Virus record (IMG/VR): IMGVR_UViG_3300025018_000474
Coordinates: 1-26,962 of that record
Length of the DNA: 26,962 bases
Reading direction: 5' to 3' (one strand)
Origin: a virus
Lineage: Duplodnaviria; Caudoviricetes
This document shows positions 1 to 10,000 of the stretch, piece after piece. A model generated the notes under the pieces. That model ran no database searches, was not told where the DNA came from, and saw only the letters and a program-made list of their open reading frames with translations. Within the stretch, counting starts at the first letter, position 1. Each line of letters begins with the position of its first letter. The translations under genes and the position numbers were made by a program.

Positions 1-510
1 ATAAATCTTATCAAAAGAATTAGCTACTCTACCATATACTAAACAATATCTAAATAATACATAATTAGAAATTCCTTCTACCACCTCACCACTTTTTTGT
101 ATTAATGAAGCTTTTTCTTCTAAAGTAGCTATTCTATATTCTTCTGCTATAGATTTAGATTTAAATACTACTGTAAACTTTAGTATTTTACCTCTTAATT
201 TATTATCAGGTGTTTCTTCATCAGCGGGAATAAATACAGAAATATTACTCCAATAATCCCTAACTGCTTGTAACCAGTGCATAGGGTCTTCTGGTCTTAC
301 ATTAATAAGAATAGGCAAATACTTTTCTTCTTCCTTCCTATCTAATCCACTAAGAGCGTTAACTCCTTTCATTGCACTACCTATCTTAAAATTATAATTG
401 ATAGGGTCATCTCCCGGTAGTCCTACTAACCCAGGTTTCCTTCTTATTGATAATATTGTTATTACTTCTATATCAACTGCATTATTTACTGTTGTTGTTG
501 TTGTTTCCAT
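1..510 (-). CDS. Conserved crAss-like virion-module protein downstream of the major capsid gene (partial, runs off the window)
   Basis: ATG at 510, open frame to base 1 (METTTTTVNNAVDIEVITILSIRRKPG...KYLPILINVRPEDPMHWLQAVRDYWSNISVFIP); position directly after the capsid gene matches the crAss-like gene order. Confidence 0.75.
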   Translation of the reverse strand, partial: METTTTTVNNAVDIEVITILSIRRKPGLVGLPGDDPINYNFKIGSAMKGVNALSGLDRKEEEKYLPILINVRPEDPMHWLQAVRDYWSNISVFIPADEETPDNKLRGKILKFTVVFKSKSIAEEYRIATLEEKASLIQKSGEVVEGISNYVLFRYCLVYGRVANSFDKIY

Positions 511-529
511 ATATATTTTTATTGTTTAA

Positions 530-556
530 TAAGGGAGTAGATAACCTACTCCCTTA
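530..556 (-). terminator. Stem-loop after the major capsid gene (terminator or mRNA-stabilising hairpin)
   Basis: Perfect inverted repeat TAAGGGAGTAG / CTACTCCCTTA with a 5-nt loop; U-tract on the - strand is weak. Confidence 0.6.
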
Positions 557-591
557 ACATTATAAATTTAATTTATTTCAATTACTTATCT

Positions 592-2109
592 TTACTCTGC
601 TGGTTCTAAATCACAAGTTAATTTAAAACAATGAGTATTTCTCCTAATAAGAATACCAGAAGTTTTCATAAAGTGGATACTTGTTTTATCTTGGTCAGTA
701 GCAAGTCTCAAATCCATAGCGTTACCTTTATAATCACCAAAACCTTTACCTTTATATAGGGTCATACCTTGTTCGATACCACGTACCATAGAACGACCTT
801 TCTGTACTACCATCTGTACGTTACGACTTCCATCGTAGTTACTCATATCAACGAAGTACATTTCATAAGAACTTAATGGTAGATTAGAAATAGGGTGTTT
901 AGGACTATTATCTGCTCTACTACCAAAGTCTAATAAATTCATCAAGCGAACTGTAATAGTATGCCCATCAATATGTACATAACGATTAAAGTACCCACCA
1001 AATTCTAAATTATGAGTACCAGAACCACGTACAAATTTATTAGCTACATCACCACCTAAAAGTACAGACCATCCACCAGTACCATTGGTTTCTCTTTTAA
1101 TAGCAGCATCAAATTCTCTAGCCCCACCAATACCAGTAAATAGAATTACATCCATTCTACCTGTATCAGTACCACCATATAATACATCACCAATAGTATT
1201 ATGTAGTTTCTGTACTGTTAAGAATCCATAAGTATCTTTATGAGGAATCTGGTCATCTACACCAGCACTCATAGGAATAGGAAGTTGAGTATCAGGGTCA
1301 ATAGTAGTAATTTTACCTTGTGAATCTCTGTTATACTTAGACCACCATGAAGATTCTTCTACTACTTCTTTAAACTGCATTTCATGTTGGTATTCTTCCC
1401 ATGGCATCCATAGATTAGTAGTTCTACCTTTAATATTAAACTGAAATTCTACAGTTCTATTAGGTACATTACCAGCAATTTCATAAGACTTACGTAAGAT
1501 ACCAATTTGATTTTTTAACCTACCCGGAGCTTGTTTGTTACTTTCATTACCACTAGAGTAAGATTCAGAAACGTTAGCTCCACCAGTCATAGACCACTTA
1601 GTTCCAATTACTAGTTCACTTAATGAACAATATTCAGAAGGCTCACGATAGATTAATTGTAGTGTATATTCCCACACACCATCTACAGGTACAGGTTTAC
1701 CCTGAATCCTAGCTTGTACCCCATTAGGAGAATGAATGGTATGCTGTTGTTTTAACCAGTTACTTTTAAACCTCAATTTAAAAGGAGTTCCAGCAATACC
1801 GGGCTTATCAGTAGCAGAATAACTATGCCCAACTAAGATGTCAGACTGTTTCATTCTACTCATAACGGGCCAATTATACTCTACATCTTCTATCTCTATC
1901 CTCTTCATACCACCTATTTGACCCTCGGTTAAAAAGGTAAGAGGAAATTTTTTGTCTTCACGTCCCATAAGGTGCGTGATTACTGGATTCACAACATCAG
2001 GTTTTGTAAGCCTCATTTGTGCTAACGAATTGTTGTTAGTAAACCCATTACTGTCAAACGTTTCATGTATAAGAATACGTGATGCGTTTTGGTCTGTTAA
2101 TGTGTCCAT
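592..2109 (-). CDS. Major capsid protein (crAss-like)
   Basis: 505 aa; motifs typical of crAss-like capsid proteins (FPLTFLTEG, NQIGILRKSY, LFTGIGGAREFD, FGGYFNRYVHIDGHTITV, HPISNLPLSSY); order terminase-portal-X-capsid. Confidence 0.9.
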   Translation of the reverse strand: MDTLTDQNASRILIHETFDSNGFTNNNSLAQMRLTKPDVVNPVITHLMGREDKKFPLTFLTEGQIGGMKRIEIEDVEYNWPVMSRMKQSDILVGHSYSATDKPGIAGTPFKLRFKSNWLKQQHTIHSPNGVQARIQGKPVPVDGVWEYTLQLIYREPSEYCSLSELVIGTKWSMTGGANVSESYSSGNESNKQAPGRLKNQIGILRKSYEIAGNVPNRTVEFQFNIKGRTTNLWMPWEEYQHEMQFKEVVEESSWWSKYNRDSQGKITTIDPDTQLPIPMSAGVDDQIPHKDTYGFLTVQKLHNTIGDVLYGGTDTGRMDVILFTGIGGAREFDAAIKRETNGTGGWSVLLGGDVANKFVRGSGTHNLEFGGYFNRYVHIDGHTITVRLMNLLDFGSRADNSPKHPISNLPLSSYEMYFVDMSNYDGSRNVQMVVQKGRSMVRGIEQGMTLYKGKGFGDYKGNAMDLRLATDQDKTSIHFMKTSGILIRRNTHCFKLTCDLEPAE

Positions 2110-2137
2110 AATACAAATAATTTAAATTATTAATTAA

Positions 2138-3502
2138 TTAACTATTTAATAATACATCTAAGCTTACATCACCTGGATTTATATTCTTACTAGTACTAGT
2201 ATTAGTATTAGATGAATTGCTTTTACGTGATTTATTAATTCTTTCTCTTAAAGTAAAAACTTTATCTTTATTCTTTTCTTTATTTATAATCTTTTCTAAA
2301 TTATAACCTTTATAACGATAATATCTCATCATTAATTCAGATTCTAATCCTTGCTTATTATTATCTAAAGTCTCTTGACTATTTCCTTCATCATCTACAG
2401 GAGTAGATAAATATTTGAAGAAAGCTACTTGGTCATCTTTAGGTATATCTATATTGCCAAATTTACCTTTATCTATCACCTGTTTAACTTGCCCCCAATA
2501 CCTAATTATATTATCATTTTCTTCTTTAATACTATTTTGGTAGGCAATATCTCTTTCTTCTTGTATAAGTTTTTGATTATTATCTAATATACCAATAGCT
2601 TTACCTAATCTCTTATCAATTTCAGTATCACCTTTTTCTTTAATTAAATCTATCATATCTGATGCACTATCTGAATCCACACCAGAAGTAATAAAAGATT
2701 TTTTAATCAATTCTAACTTATCATTAGCAGTTAATTTTTTAGTATCAATTTTAGTATAATCTACAGGATTTTTAAAATCATCTAATTTACCACCACTAAG
2801 TAAATGTTTTGCTACTTCTGTTAATTCAGGATTACTAGCTATTAAACTTTCATATTGATTTACAGCTTCTATTCTTCCAATATCTTTAGCTAATTTAGTA
2901 TAACCTTCTAAAGTATCATCGTATATAATAGGATTACCTTTTTCATCTTCTAACTTATAAGGTAAATTAGATATAACACCAGCAATAGCAGATTTACTAA
3001 ATTCTACTTGTGCTTTAGTCCTAAGTACTTTACCTTCTTCATCTATTTGATTACCTTTACTATCAAATATAGGTTCTGCATTAATAAACTTATCTACCTT
3101 ATCAAAATCAGCAATTACTTTACCATCTTTATCTAAGATATTACCATTCTCATCAATAGAAAATCCATTAAACTTAGTAAGAATCTCATCTCTTAATTCT
3201 TTTTGGTCAATGGATAAAGTATCAGAATTTAACCCCTGTAGTAAAGTTAAATTATCTTCATTCCCCTCATCACCTTCTTCCCTCTCTTCCACTTCTTTCT
3301 TACTATTAGCTAATATAGTAGCTTCTGCCTTTTCTACTATTTTATCTACTTTCTGTCCTCCTGTTTCACCACCATTATCAATAGGAGTATAATCATTCCC
3401 TACACCTGAATTTAATATTAAATCTAAATCTATTAAATTCATATCATCTTCACCTTCTGTTGGGTAAGGTAAAACCCTTTCTAAAAAATTACAATCTTTC
3501 AT
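2138..3502 (-). CDS. Acidic conserved protein between portal and capsid genes (scaffold-like)
   Basis: 454 aa, D/E-rich N-terminal half, helical C-terminal half; syntenic position; start could be the internal MNLIDLD Met. Confidence 0.65.
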   Translation of the reverse strand: MKDCNFLERVLPYPTEGEDDMNLIDLDLILNSGVGNDYTPIDNGGETGGQKVDKIVEKAEATILANSKKEVEEREEGDEGNEDNLTLLQGLNSDTLSIDQKELRDEILTKFNGFSIDENGNILDKDGKVIADFDKVDKFINAEPIFDSKGNQIDEEGKVLRTKAQVEFSKSAIAGVISNLPYKLEDEKGNPIIYDDTLEGYTKLAKDIGRIEAVNQYESLIASNPELTEVAKHLLSGGKLDDFKNPVDYTKIDTKKLTANDKLELIKKSFITSGVDSDSASDMIDLIKEKGDTEIDKRLGKAIGILDNNQKLIQEERDIAYQNSIKEENDNIIRYWGQVKQVIDKGKFGNIDIPKDDQVAFFKYLSTPVDDEGNSQETLDNNKQGLESELMMRYYRYKGYNLEKIINKEKNKDKVFTLRERINKSRKSNSSNTNTSTSKNINPGDVSLDVLLNS

Positions 3503-3517
3503 TACTCTTAATTTAGA

Positions 3518-5881
3518 TTATTGATTATTATTGCTTTTCTTTTGTGTAATAGTAGCACTAGCTACTTTATTATCTATTATTAATCTCTTATCATCTTGTG
3601 CTAACTTCTTATTATCTACTTTGATATTATGTTGAAGTTCTCTATCTTTTCTATCCTGCTCTCTTTCTTGTACTGGGTCAACATCAATAGTAGTATCAGT
3701 ATCATTATTTCCTACTATATTAGCTTTTATTTCAGCAGAATCTATAGCAGTTCTATATTTCATATCTGCTTCATATGTTTTAATATCTCTATCCGCTTGC
3801 TCACTTTCTCTTTTAGCCTCTTCCATTCTTTCTAAGCTAGCTGTCTTTTCTTTCTCCATACTATTAGCTAACTCTCTTTCTCTATCTTCTAATTTTCTAA
3901 TAACTTCTTTTCCTTTAGTAAAATTGGTTAAATCAAGAGCTTCCATAAATACTGTAGAACTGCCAGCATTTTGAGCATAACTAAACATATAAGATTTCAT
4001 TTCTTCTAGCTTCTGATTTTCTTTTCCACTATTCTTAACAAATACATTATATGAAGTATTAACATGATGGATAACATCATCAGCATTCATATTTAAAAAA
4101 GCCTCTCTTTCCTCACTATTAATATACTTAGCTTTCTTACCATCTAAAAATGCTATCTTACTTAAATCTAATAATCCACTATAATCTTTTTCTTCAAACT
4201 TTTCAAATTTTCTATTAAGTTCTTCACTTATAATAGCACTTCTAAAAATAGCTTGTTCTGTTACACCTTTACCATCACTAGATTTGGTATCCCCAAATCT
4301 TTGTCTATTCATACCAATAGCTTCCCACCAATCATCTTTAAGCCCCATTAGTAATTCTCTACTCTGATTAATAAAAGTTCCAAGAGACATATCTAATACC
4401 TTTAAAGCTTGCATAGAAGCCAATGCAGTAGGAGAAGCTTCATCAACAAACATAAAGCCAGTAGCTCTACTATGATACATAAACTTTTCTTCATCCCACC
4501 CTTCTTTATCTTTTGGTATCATACCTATAGGTATAATAGCTATTTTATCCATATTCCTATTTATCATTCTTTCAGTTTGATAATGTACTATATTATATAA
4601 TATCTGATATGGATAACCTGTTTTAGCTAAAGAAAGTATTTCACCGTCTTTATTACACATATACCTACCATTATAAGGAAGCTTTTGTTCTGATTCATTA
4701 TTTAAATCAGCTCTATTATATGGTAAGGGTCTAACATCTATGTAAATTTCACCTATTGTAGAATCTTTTACTTTCCACCCTTCCCAAATTTCTGTAATCC
4801 ATTCCCAATCTATTTTAATATCACCATTAGATTTATCTAACTTGTAGGTATCATCTATATCAATTTCTTCTATTTCTCCTAATTCGTTTTGAGTATATAA
4901 TATACCTACTTTTTGAAAACTTCTCCATACTGCATGATATAGAGTAATTCCAGAAATTTCATTATTTAAACTATATTTTCTTTTATCTGATTCATTTCCT
5001 ATATAGGCAGTAGGCAACCAAGTATAACCATTACCTTCTAATTGGTAATCTTTATCATTATTTAATGTATCTAATGCTTTTACTTCTTTTTCACTTAACC
5101 TATCATGGAATTTATCTAATATATAATTAGGAGTAACTGACTGCCTTCTTACAAACCAATCCCCATCTTCTATAAAAGGAGATTGATAATTCTTAGGAAA
5201 ATACCCTTCTAATGGATCTACTGGTTCTAAGTTAACGTCATTATGATTAACATCTTTATAACTAATAGCTCTACCCACTATAAGCCAATCATAATACATC
5301 TTAACATATTTCTCATCTACATCTTCTGCGTACTTGATATAGTCTAAGATTTCATTACCAGTAATAATATGGTTTTCTGTATAAGTCCTATCAAACTCTT
5401 GTGCAACTTCTTCTTCTGATGGTTGTTCTACTGTTGGTTGACCTGTTTCTATACCTGCTGCATTTAAACCATTAATAGCTTTTTGTGCATAGTAGTTCTT
5501 CATAACCTTACCTAACTCCTTTTCATACTTAGATTGAGCTTCTGGATTAGTACCTACTGCTTGATAGTTCTTTAATCTCTTTCCATATTCCCCTACAAAT
5601 AATTCTATAATAGGGGTAATAATATTAAAGTTTCTTAACTTAGCACTAAACCTAGTATATTTATCTATTTTAGTATTAAAAGGATTTAAAACATAGTTAT
5701 AATCTTCTCTATCTAATTCAGAACTCATTACTCTATATAAGCGCATCATTTCCTCATGGTCACTATTCATAGAAGTTTGTTCCACTAGATAATCTATATT
5801 AACTTCACCCCAAGTTTTATCAGTACCAACTCTTTTGGTCTTGTCTATAGAACTTAATTTCTGTTTAGGATATATTGACAT
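3518..5881 (-). CDS. Portal protein
   Basis: 787 aa; NIITPIIELFVGE, WEWITEIWEG, KLPYNGR, PYQILYNIV, GMNRQRFG motifs as in crAss-like portals; coiled-coil C-terminus; downstream of terminase. Confidence 0.88.
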   Translation of the reverse strand: MSIYPKQKLSSIDKTKRVGTDKTWGEVNIDYLVEQTSMNSDHEEMMRLYRVMSSELDREDYNYVLNPFNTKIDKYTRFSAKLRNFNIITPIIELFVGEYGKRLKNYQAVGTNPEAQSKYEKELGKVMKNYYAQKAINGLNAAGIETGQPTVEQPSEEEVAQEFDRTYTENHIITGNEILDYIKYAEDVDEKYVKMYYDWLIVGRAISYKDVNHNDVNLEPVDPLEGYFPKNYQSPFIEDGDWFVRRQSVTPNYILDKFHDRLSEKEVKALDTLNNDKDYQLEGNGYTWLPTAYIGNESDKRKYSLNNEISGITLYHAVWRSFQKVGILYTQNELGEIEEIDIDDTYKLDKSNGDIKIDWEWITEIWEGWKVKDSTIGEIYIDVRPLPYNRADLNNESEQKLPYNGRYMCNKDGEILSLAKTGYPYQILYNIVHYQTERMINRNMDKIAIIPIGMIPKDKEGWDEEKFMYHSRATGFMFVDEASPTALASMQALKVLDMSLGTFINQSRELLMGLKDDWWEAIGMNRQRFGDTKSSDGKGVTEQAIFRSAIISEELNRKFEKFEEKDYSGLLDLSKIAFLDGKKAKYINSEEREAFLNMNADDVIHHVNTSYNVFVKNSGKENQKLEEMKSYMFSYAQNAGSSTVFMEALDLTNFTKGKEVIRKLEDRERELANSMEKEKTASLERMEEAKRESEQADRDIKTYEADMKYRTAIDSAEIKANIVGNNDTDTTIDVDPVQEREQDRKDRELQHNIKVDNKKLAQDDKRLIIDNKVASATITQKKSNNNQ

Positions 5882-5887
5882 AGATTA

Positions 5888-6643
5888 TTAATTTAAGATA
5901 GTTTTTAATTTTAATCCAATAGAAGATAATGAACCAATCTTATACCCTTTAGCATCAGTATATACTCTTAATATTATATCAGATGCTTTAATACCACTAT
6001 ATATAATATCTTTAATATATTCATATAATACAGGAGACTTACTTAACCTAACAGATAAACTTAATACCTTAGTATCGGGTATTAATTTAATATTAGTTAA
6101 TTCTTTTAGTTTTATTTCCTTATTTACCTTTGAACAATAACAACTAAATATAAATTCTTTAACTTCATTTAAAGTTAATTCTAATGAATTTTTAATCTTG
6201 TTCTTATTTAAATATAATAGTTGAGTATAAAAATCATCCTTAGCGTTATCGTTAGATAGAAACATTAAAGGGTACATTAAATGATAATTGATTAATTTAG
6301 TATAATCAAATTTATGGGATACTGTTATTTCTGGTTTATATATAATACATACTTTATATTGTTGTATTACTGGGTGGGTTATAAGTAATAAGGGATTTAA
6401 AAATATAGGATTAACCTTTATAATATTGATTAATCCTACAATAGATTTAAAACTCTCCTTAACTATATTATACATATCTAAACTAGTAAATAATATTACT
6501 GAATATTCTTTTATATTAGTATTATTTAATTGAGATATTAAAGATACTTTTAATTTAAGAATATCATCATTGTTCTCTATGTAATAACAAATACATAGTT
6601 TCTTATTATTTATATCTTTAATACTTATTGTATTATCTATCAT
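5888..6643 (-). CDS. Hypothetical protein inserted between terminase and portal; weak resemblance to a GT-A glycosyltransferase N-terminus
   Basis: Open frame, likely ATG at 6643 just after the terminase stop; very AT-rich; fold guess from beta/alpha pattern only. Confidence 0.6.
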   Translation of the reverse strand: MIDNTISIKDINNKKLCICYYIENNDDILKLKVSLISQLNNTNIKEYSVILFTSLDMYNIVKESFKSIVGLINIIKVNPIFLNPLLLITHPVIQQYKVCIIYKPEITVSHKFDYTKLINYHLMYPLMFLSNDNAKDDFYTQLLYLNKNKIKNSLELTLNEVKEFIFSCYCSKVNKEIKLKELTNIKLIPDTKVLSLSVRLSKSPVLYEYIKDIIYSGIKASDIILRVYTDAKGYKIGSLSSIGLKLKTILN

Positions 6644-6644
6644 A

Positions 6645-8900
6645 TTAGAATAACTCCCTATCAAATATATGTTGACTACCTACTGCATGGTTATTAGTAG
6701 GCTTCTTAACATCTACATGGTACTGTTCCTTGATATCAAACATTCCTACTATCATTGTAGATATCCTGTCAAAGTTTCCTTTCATATTCCATTTAATAGA
6801 TTCTTTTAATAAAGCTTCATCATAAATATAATGTAAATTTAATAAATCTTTTCCATTTTCATCCACCCCCCTCTTAGTTAATAGCCAATCCCTATAATAT
6901 ATAATACCGTCCTCTTTACGTTTTTCATTAATATGGATACCTTTTTTGCGCCCTGTTTTAGCCCCCTGTAAAGCCTTTTTCCATAATATATCAGGTTCAT
7001 CTTCAAGAAGTTCAAGGCATTTATTTTGCCTTGCATAGTTGAACACGTCTCCCCTATCGTTCTCGAATAATAGCTTTGCATTATAGTATCTCAATAACTG
7101 AAAAAGAATTTCATTATATTGGTCTGTAGTCTCTCTCCTACCAGTAAAGCTAGCTACTAATCTATCTCCTAAACCAGAGGTTATATTATTACTTCTTTCA
7201 AATATATAAGTACAACCTAATGAATCCTTAGATGTTATATGTTTTATTTCTTTTGGTATTGCATAAGGATCATGCCATGCTCTATATAGATTGTCTGGAA
7301 CTATTCTACCATGAGCAGTATCTACTCTAAATGGTGGTGCCCACATAACTATAGTACCTCTGACATCAGTTTTAGCTTCTATTGGATAATCTGTAATAGG
7401 GTCAAACATCATACTTTGTTCTTGAGCATTAGCAAACATTCTATCTTTAAATCTTAACCCTTCACTAGTATTAACTATATAGCCAGTCTTACATACTGCT
7501 TTAATACTTTCATCCCTTTGTACTCTCTTTAACTGCTCTGCTAATTGTTGTATAGGCAATATACTATCTTGTTTTCTACTAAAAGCTTCTGTAGGACAAA
7601 ATGGCTCTTCCATTATATAGCCATTTAACTTACTAGAACCACGTTTTTTTCTTTTTTCCCTTTCTGCTTTTTCGTACTCTATAGCTTTCTGATTATCACT
7701 ATTACCATGTATATCTATAAATCCTACTTTATTAACTTCTGTTGGTATAAAGAACCCACATTCAGTACCTTTTTGGTCCTCATCCCATATATTCTCAAAG
7801 CTCATAAAATTCTCTGAACTAGGAGCAAAAAATAATTGTTCAAATGATTCCCATAACTTACCTTCACCTCCACCAGTACCAAAAACAATCATTTGTCCTG
7901 TTACCAAATTACCGTCTCTTAATGTAGGTAGTGTACTATCTAATACATCTGATAAGTTAGGGCATTTACCTGCTTCCTCTATCATTACCAAGTCAGCATC
8001 TTTACCTCTAGCAGCCCCTGGGTTATTAGGTCCAAAGGAAACACAAATAATACGACTTAAATAACCTCTTTCTATACCTAGTGAATCATTAAACTTATAT
8101 CCAAACTTAACAAAGTCCTCTCTATTTACTAACCTTCTTTTCTTCCAATCAGTATGTTTATTAAGGAACTGCAAATAAGTATCTGCCATAGTCATAGTAC
8201 CTTCTGGATATAGAGAATCACTTACAAATGCTCCTAATACTGTACAACTATTTCTAACTAAGTTGGCTCTATTAGCAGCTATCCAACCATTTTTGTACGA
8301 ATAACCTTTACGTCTAGCTTTACCAACTACCATATGAAAACCTAAGTTCCTTGCTATATCCTTAGCTTTAAAGTAAAAGTAATCACTACCCCAGAAATAT
8401 GGGAATGAAATTAATTTATCTGCACCTTTAGTTACCTTATTTAGTAATTCACCATCTTCTGATTCTAATACCCCACCTACTATCTTCTTCTCTTTAGTCA
8501 TTTTCATTTGAGAGAAGTTTAAATATCCATAATGCTCACCAGTAATATGAATATTTTGCATATAATACTTCCCACTAGAATCTCTTAGTAGTCTCCCGGG
8601 CATTGTTATACCTTCCCTACACCTTCTTTCTTCTTCATCCCAAAAAGCATCATACTCTTTCTTATCATAGATAGGATGTGCTTTAGTATATACTTTATTC
8701 TTTAAAAAGTATTGTGCTGTTTTACTAAATTCAGAAGTATTAACAAAAGCTATATCTTGTGGACTAAAAAGCCTTTCTCCTGCTAAACCTTCTATAATGT
8801 TAAAAGGGTTAGAAATATCTTCTAACCCTTTTTTAGTTTCTAGTGTTTTTAAAACACTTTCTGGTATTACTTGTATATCATCATATGTAGGAGTAATCAT
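6645..8900 (-). CDS. terL: Terminase large subunit
   Basis: 751 aa; Walker A-like KARRKGYS, Walker B LVMIEEAG, IVFGTGG motif, RNase H-like nuclease motifs HDPY, FENDRG, GNFDRIS. Confidence 0.92.
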   Translation of the reverse strand: MITPTYDDIQVIPESVLKTLETKKGLEDISNPFNIIEGLAGERLFSPQDIAFVNTSEFSKTAQYFLKNKVYTKAHPIYDKKEYDAFWDEEERRCREGITMPGRLLRDSSGKYYMQNIHITGEHYGYLNFSQMKMTKEKKIVGGVLESEDGELLNKVTKGADKLISFPYFWGSDYFYFKAKDIARNLGFHMVVGKARRKGYSYKNGWIAANRANLVRNSCTVLGAFVSDSLYPEGTMTMADTYLQFLNKHTDWKKRRLVNREDFVKFGYKFNDSLGIERGYLSRIICVSFGPNNPGAARGKDADLVMIEEAGKCPNLSDVLDSTLPTLRDGNLVTGQMIVFGTGGGEGKLWESFEQLFFAPSSENFMSFENIWDEDQKGTECGFFIPTEVNKVGFIDIHGNSDNQKAIEYEKAEREKRKKRGSSKLNGYIMEEPFCPTEAFSRKQDSILPIQQLAEQLKRVQRDESIKAVCKTGYIVNTSEGLRFKDRMFANAQEQSMMFDPITDYPIEAKTDVRGTIVMWAPPFRVDTAHGRIVPDNLYRAWHDPYAIPKEIKHITSKDSLGCTYIFERSNNITSGLGDRLVASFTGRRETTDQYNEILFQLLRYYNAKLLFENDRGDVFNYARQNKCLELLEDEPDILWKKALQGAKTGRKKGIHINEKRKEDGIIYYRDWLLTKRGVDENGKDLLNLHYIYDEALLKESIKWNMKGNFDRISTMIVGMFDIKEQYHVDVKKPTNNHAVGSQHIFDRELF

Positions 8901-9361
8901 TACTTAATTGTATCTATATCTTTATAATATTTAATTCCACTATATTGATGTAAGTTATAATCTTCATCTGAATTACCTATTAAAATACTATTAGGAATAT
9001 CTAACTCATATTCTAATGCACATTCATATATAAGACCGGGATTAGGTAGCCTATAATATTCATCTCTATCACCAGTCCAGAACATATAGGATACAGCATT
9101 TTTCTTTATACTACAGGCTCTTTCTAATATCTCTAGTATTTCTGATATTTTTTCCTCAAATACTCTTATATCTACAAAACCATGTGCAACACTATCTTGA
9201 TTATCTACTATTATTACTTTATAGTTTTCTTTATAATACTTTTTAATAGTATCAAATAAATCTACATTAATAATCCAGTCCTTGCTATGAACTGGATATT
9301 TTTGACCACTCTTTGTAAATATAAGAGTATTATCTAAGGTAAGAAATAATGCTTTTTCCAT
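8900..9361 (-). CDS. HAD-superfamily (class IIIA, PNKP/GmhB-like) protein with degenerate catalytic motifs
   Basis: LFLTLDNTLI, IVDNQ, RLPNPGL, LIGNSDED correspond to DxDxT, (T/S)NQ, RKPxxG, GDxxxD. Confidence 0.75.
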   Translation of the reverse strand: MEKALFLTLDNTLIFTKSGQKYPVHSKDWIINVDLFDTIKKYYKENYKVIIVDNQDSVAHGFVDIRVFEEKISEILEILERACSIKKNAVSYMFWTGDRDEYYRLPNPGLIYECALEYELDIPNSILIGNSDEDYNLHQYSGIKYYKDIDTIK

Positions 9362-9362
9362 A

Positions 9363-9599
9363 TTATATAGAATGATTTAAAAATGAAGTACTTTTATTTA
9401 CTATTTTAATACCAGTAGGTGTAAAAAATGTATTTACATATTCTTCATCTCTCATATCATCACCAGTACCAAATACTATTACTCTACCTATACCTTTATT
9501 AGTATAGTTAGGAGTACAAGCATCAAATGCTTCTTTACTAATTTTATTTAATATATCTCTTGTTTTGAAATACGGTCTTGTACCATTACATTTTTCCAT
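9363..9599 (-). CDS. Small protein resembling a fragment of the terminase ATPase domain
   Basis: GRVIVFGTGD...TFFTP parallels GQMIVFGTGG...LFFAP of the neighbouring terminase; tightly packed in the operon. Confidence 0.65.
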   Translation of the reverse strand: MEKCNGTRPYFKTRDILNKISKEAFDACTPNYTNKGIGRVIVFGTGDDMRDEEYVNTFFTPTGIKIVNKSTSFLNHSI

Positions 9600-9601
9600 A
9601 T

Positions 9602-10000
9602 TTATTTTCTTTGTATTAAATATACTTCTTCAATTGTTTTTAATCCAGTATTATCTGGATGTGGGTCATGTACTATTTTTCCATCCTTCCATATAACAGA
9701 GTGTCCAATATTATTTGTAGAAAAGATTCTAGGAGATTCCCCACCAATCATAAAATACCCATCTATCCCTTTATAATCTCCAATATCTTTTAACTTACAC
9801 CATCCATCATATATATAACCTAATCTATCTATCTCATTTAAAAATATATTAACCCATATAGTATCATCAGCATCATTAAAATAATTTTCAAATGGTTTAA
9901 TTTCATCTATATCTACTTCAAATAATGAAGCTAAACAAGCTCTCATACAATTACCATTAAATTCTTCTGTATGTAATTTAGTTTGTGTTATTGGTATCAT
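9602..10000 (-). CDS. Papain-like (peptidase C39-like) protein
   Basis: Q...GNCMRACLAS (Cys), GHSVIW (His), HDPHP (Asp) triad pattern. Confidence 0.6.
   Translation of the reverse strand: MIPITQTKLHTEEFNGNCMRACLASLFEVDIDEIKPFENYFNDADDTIWVNIFLNEIDRLGYIYDGWCKLKDIGDYKGIDGYFMIGGESPRIFSTNNIGHSVIWKDGKIVHDPHPDNTGLKTIEEVYLIQRK

Noticed and set aside
3210-4600. Short + strand ORFs (3210-3392, 3629-3835, 4409-4600)
   Set aside because: Antisense shadows of the scaffold-like and portal genes with low-complexity translations
6878-7081. Alternative-frame ORF inside terL
   Set aside because: Fully nested in a conserved gene, no independent signals
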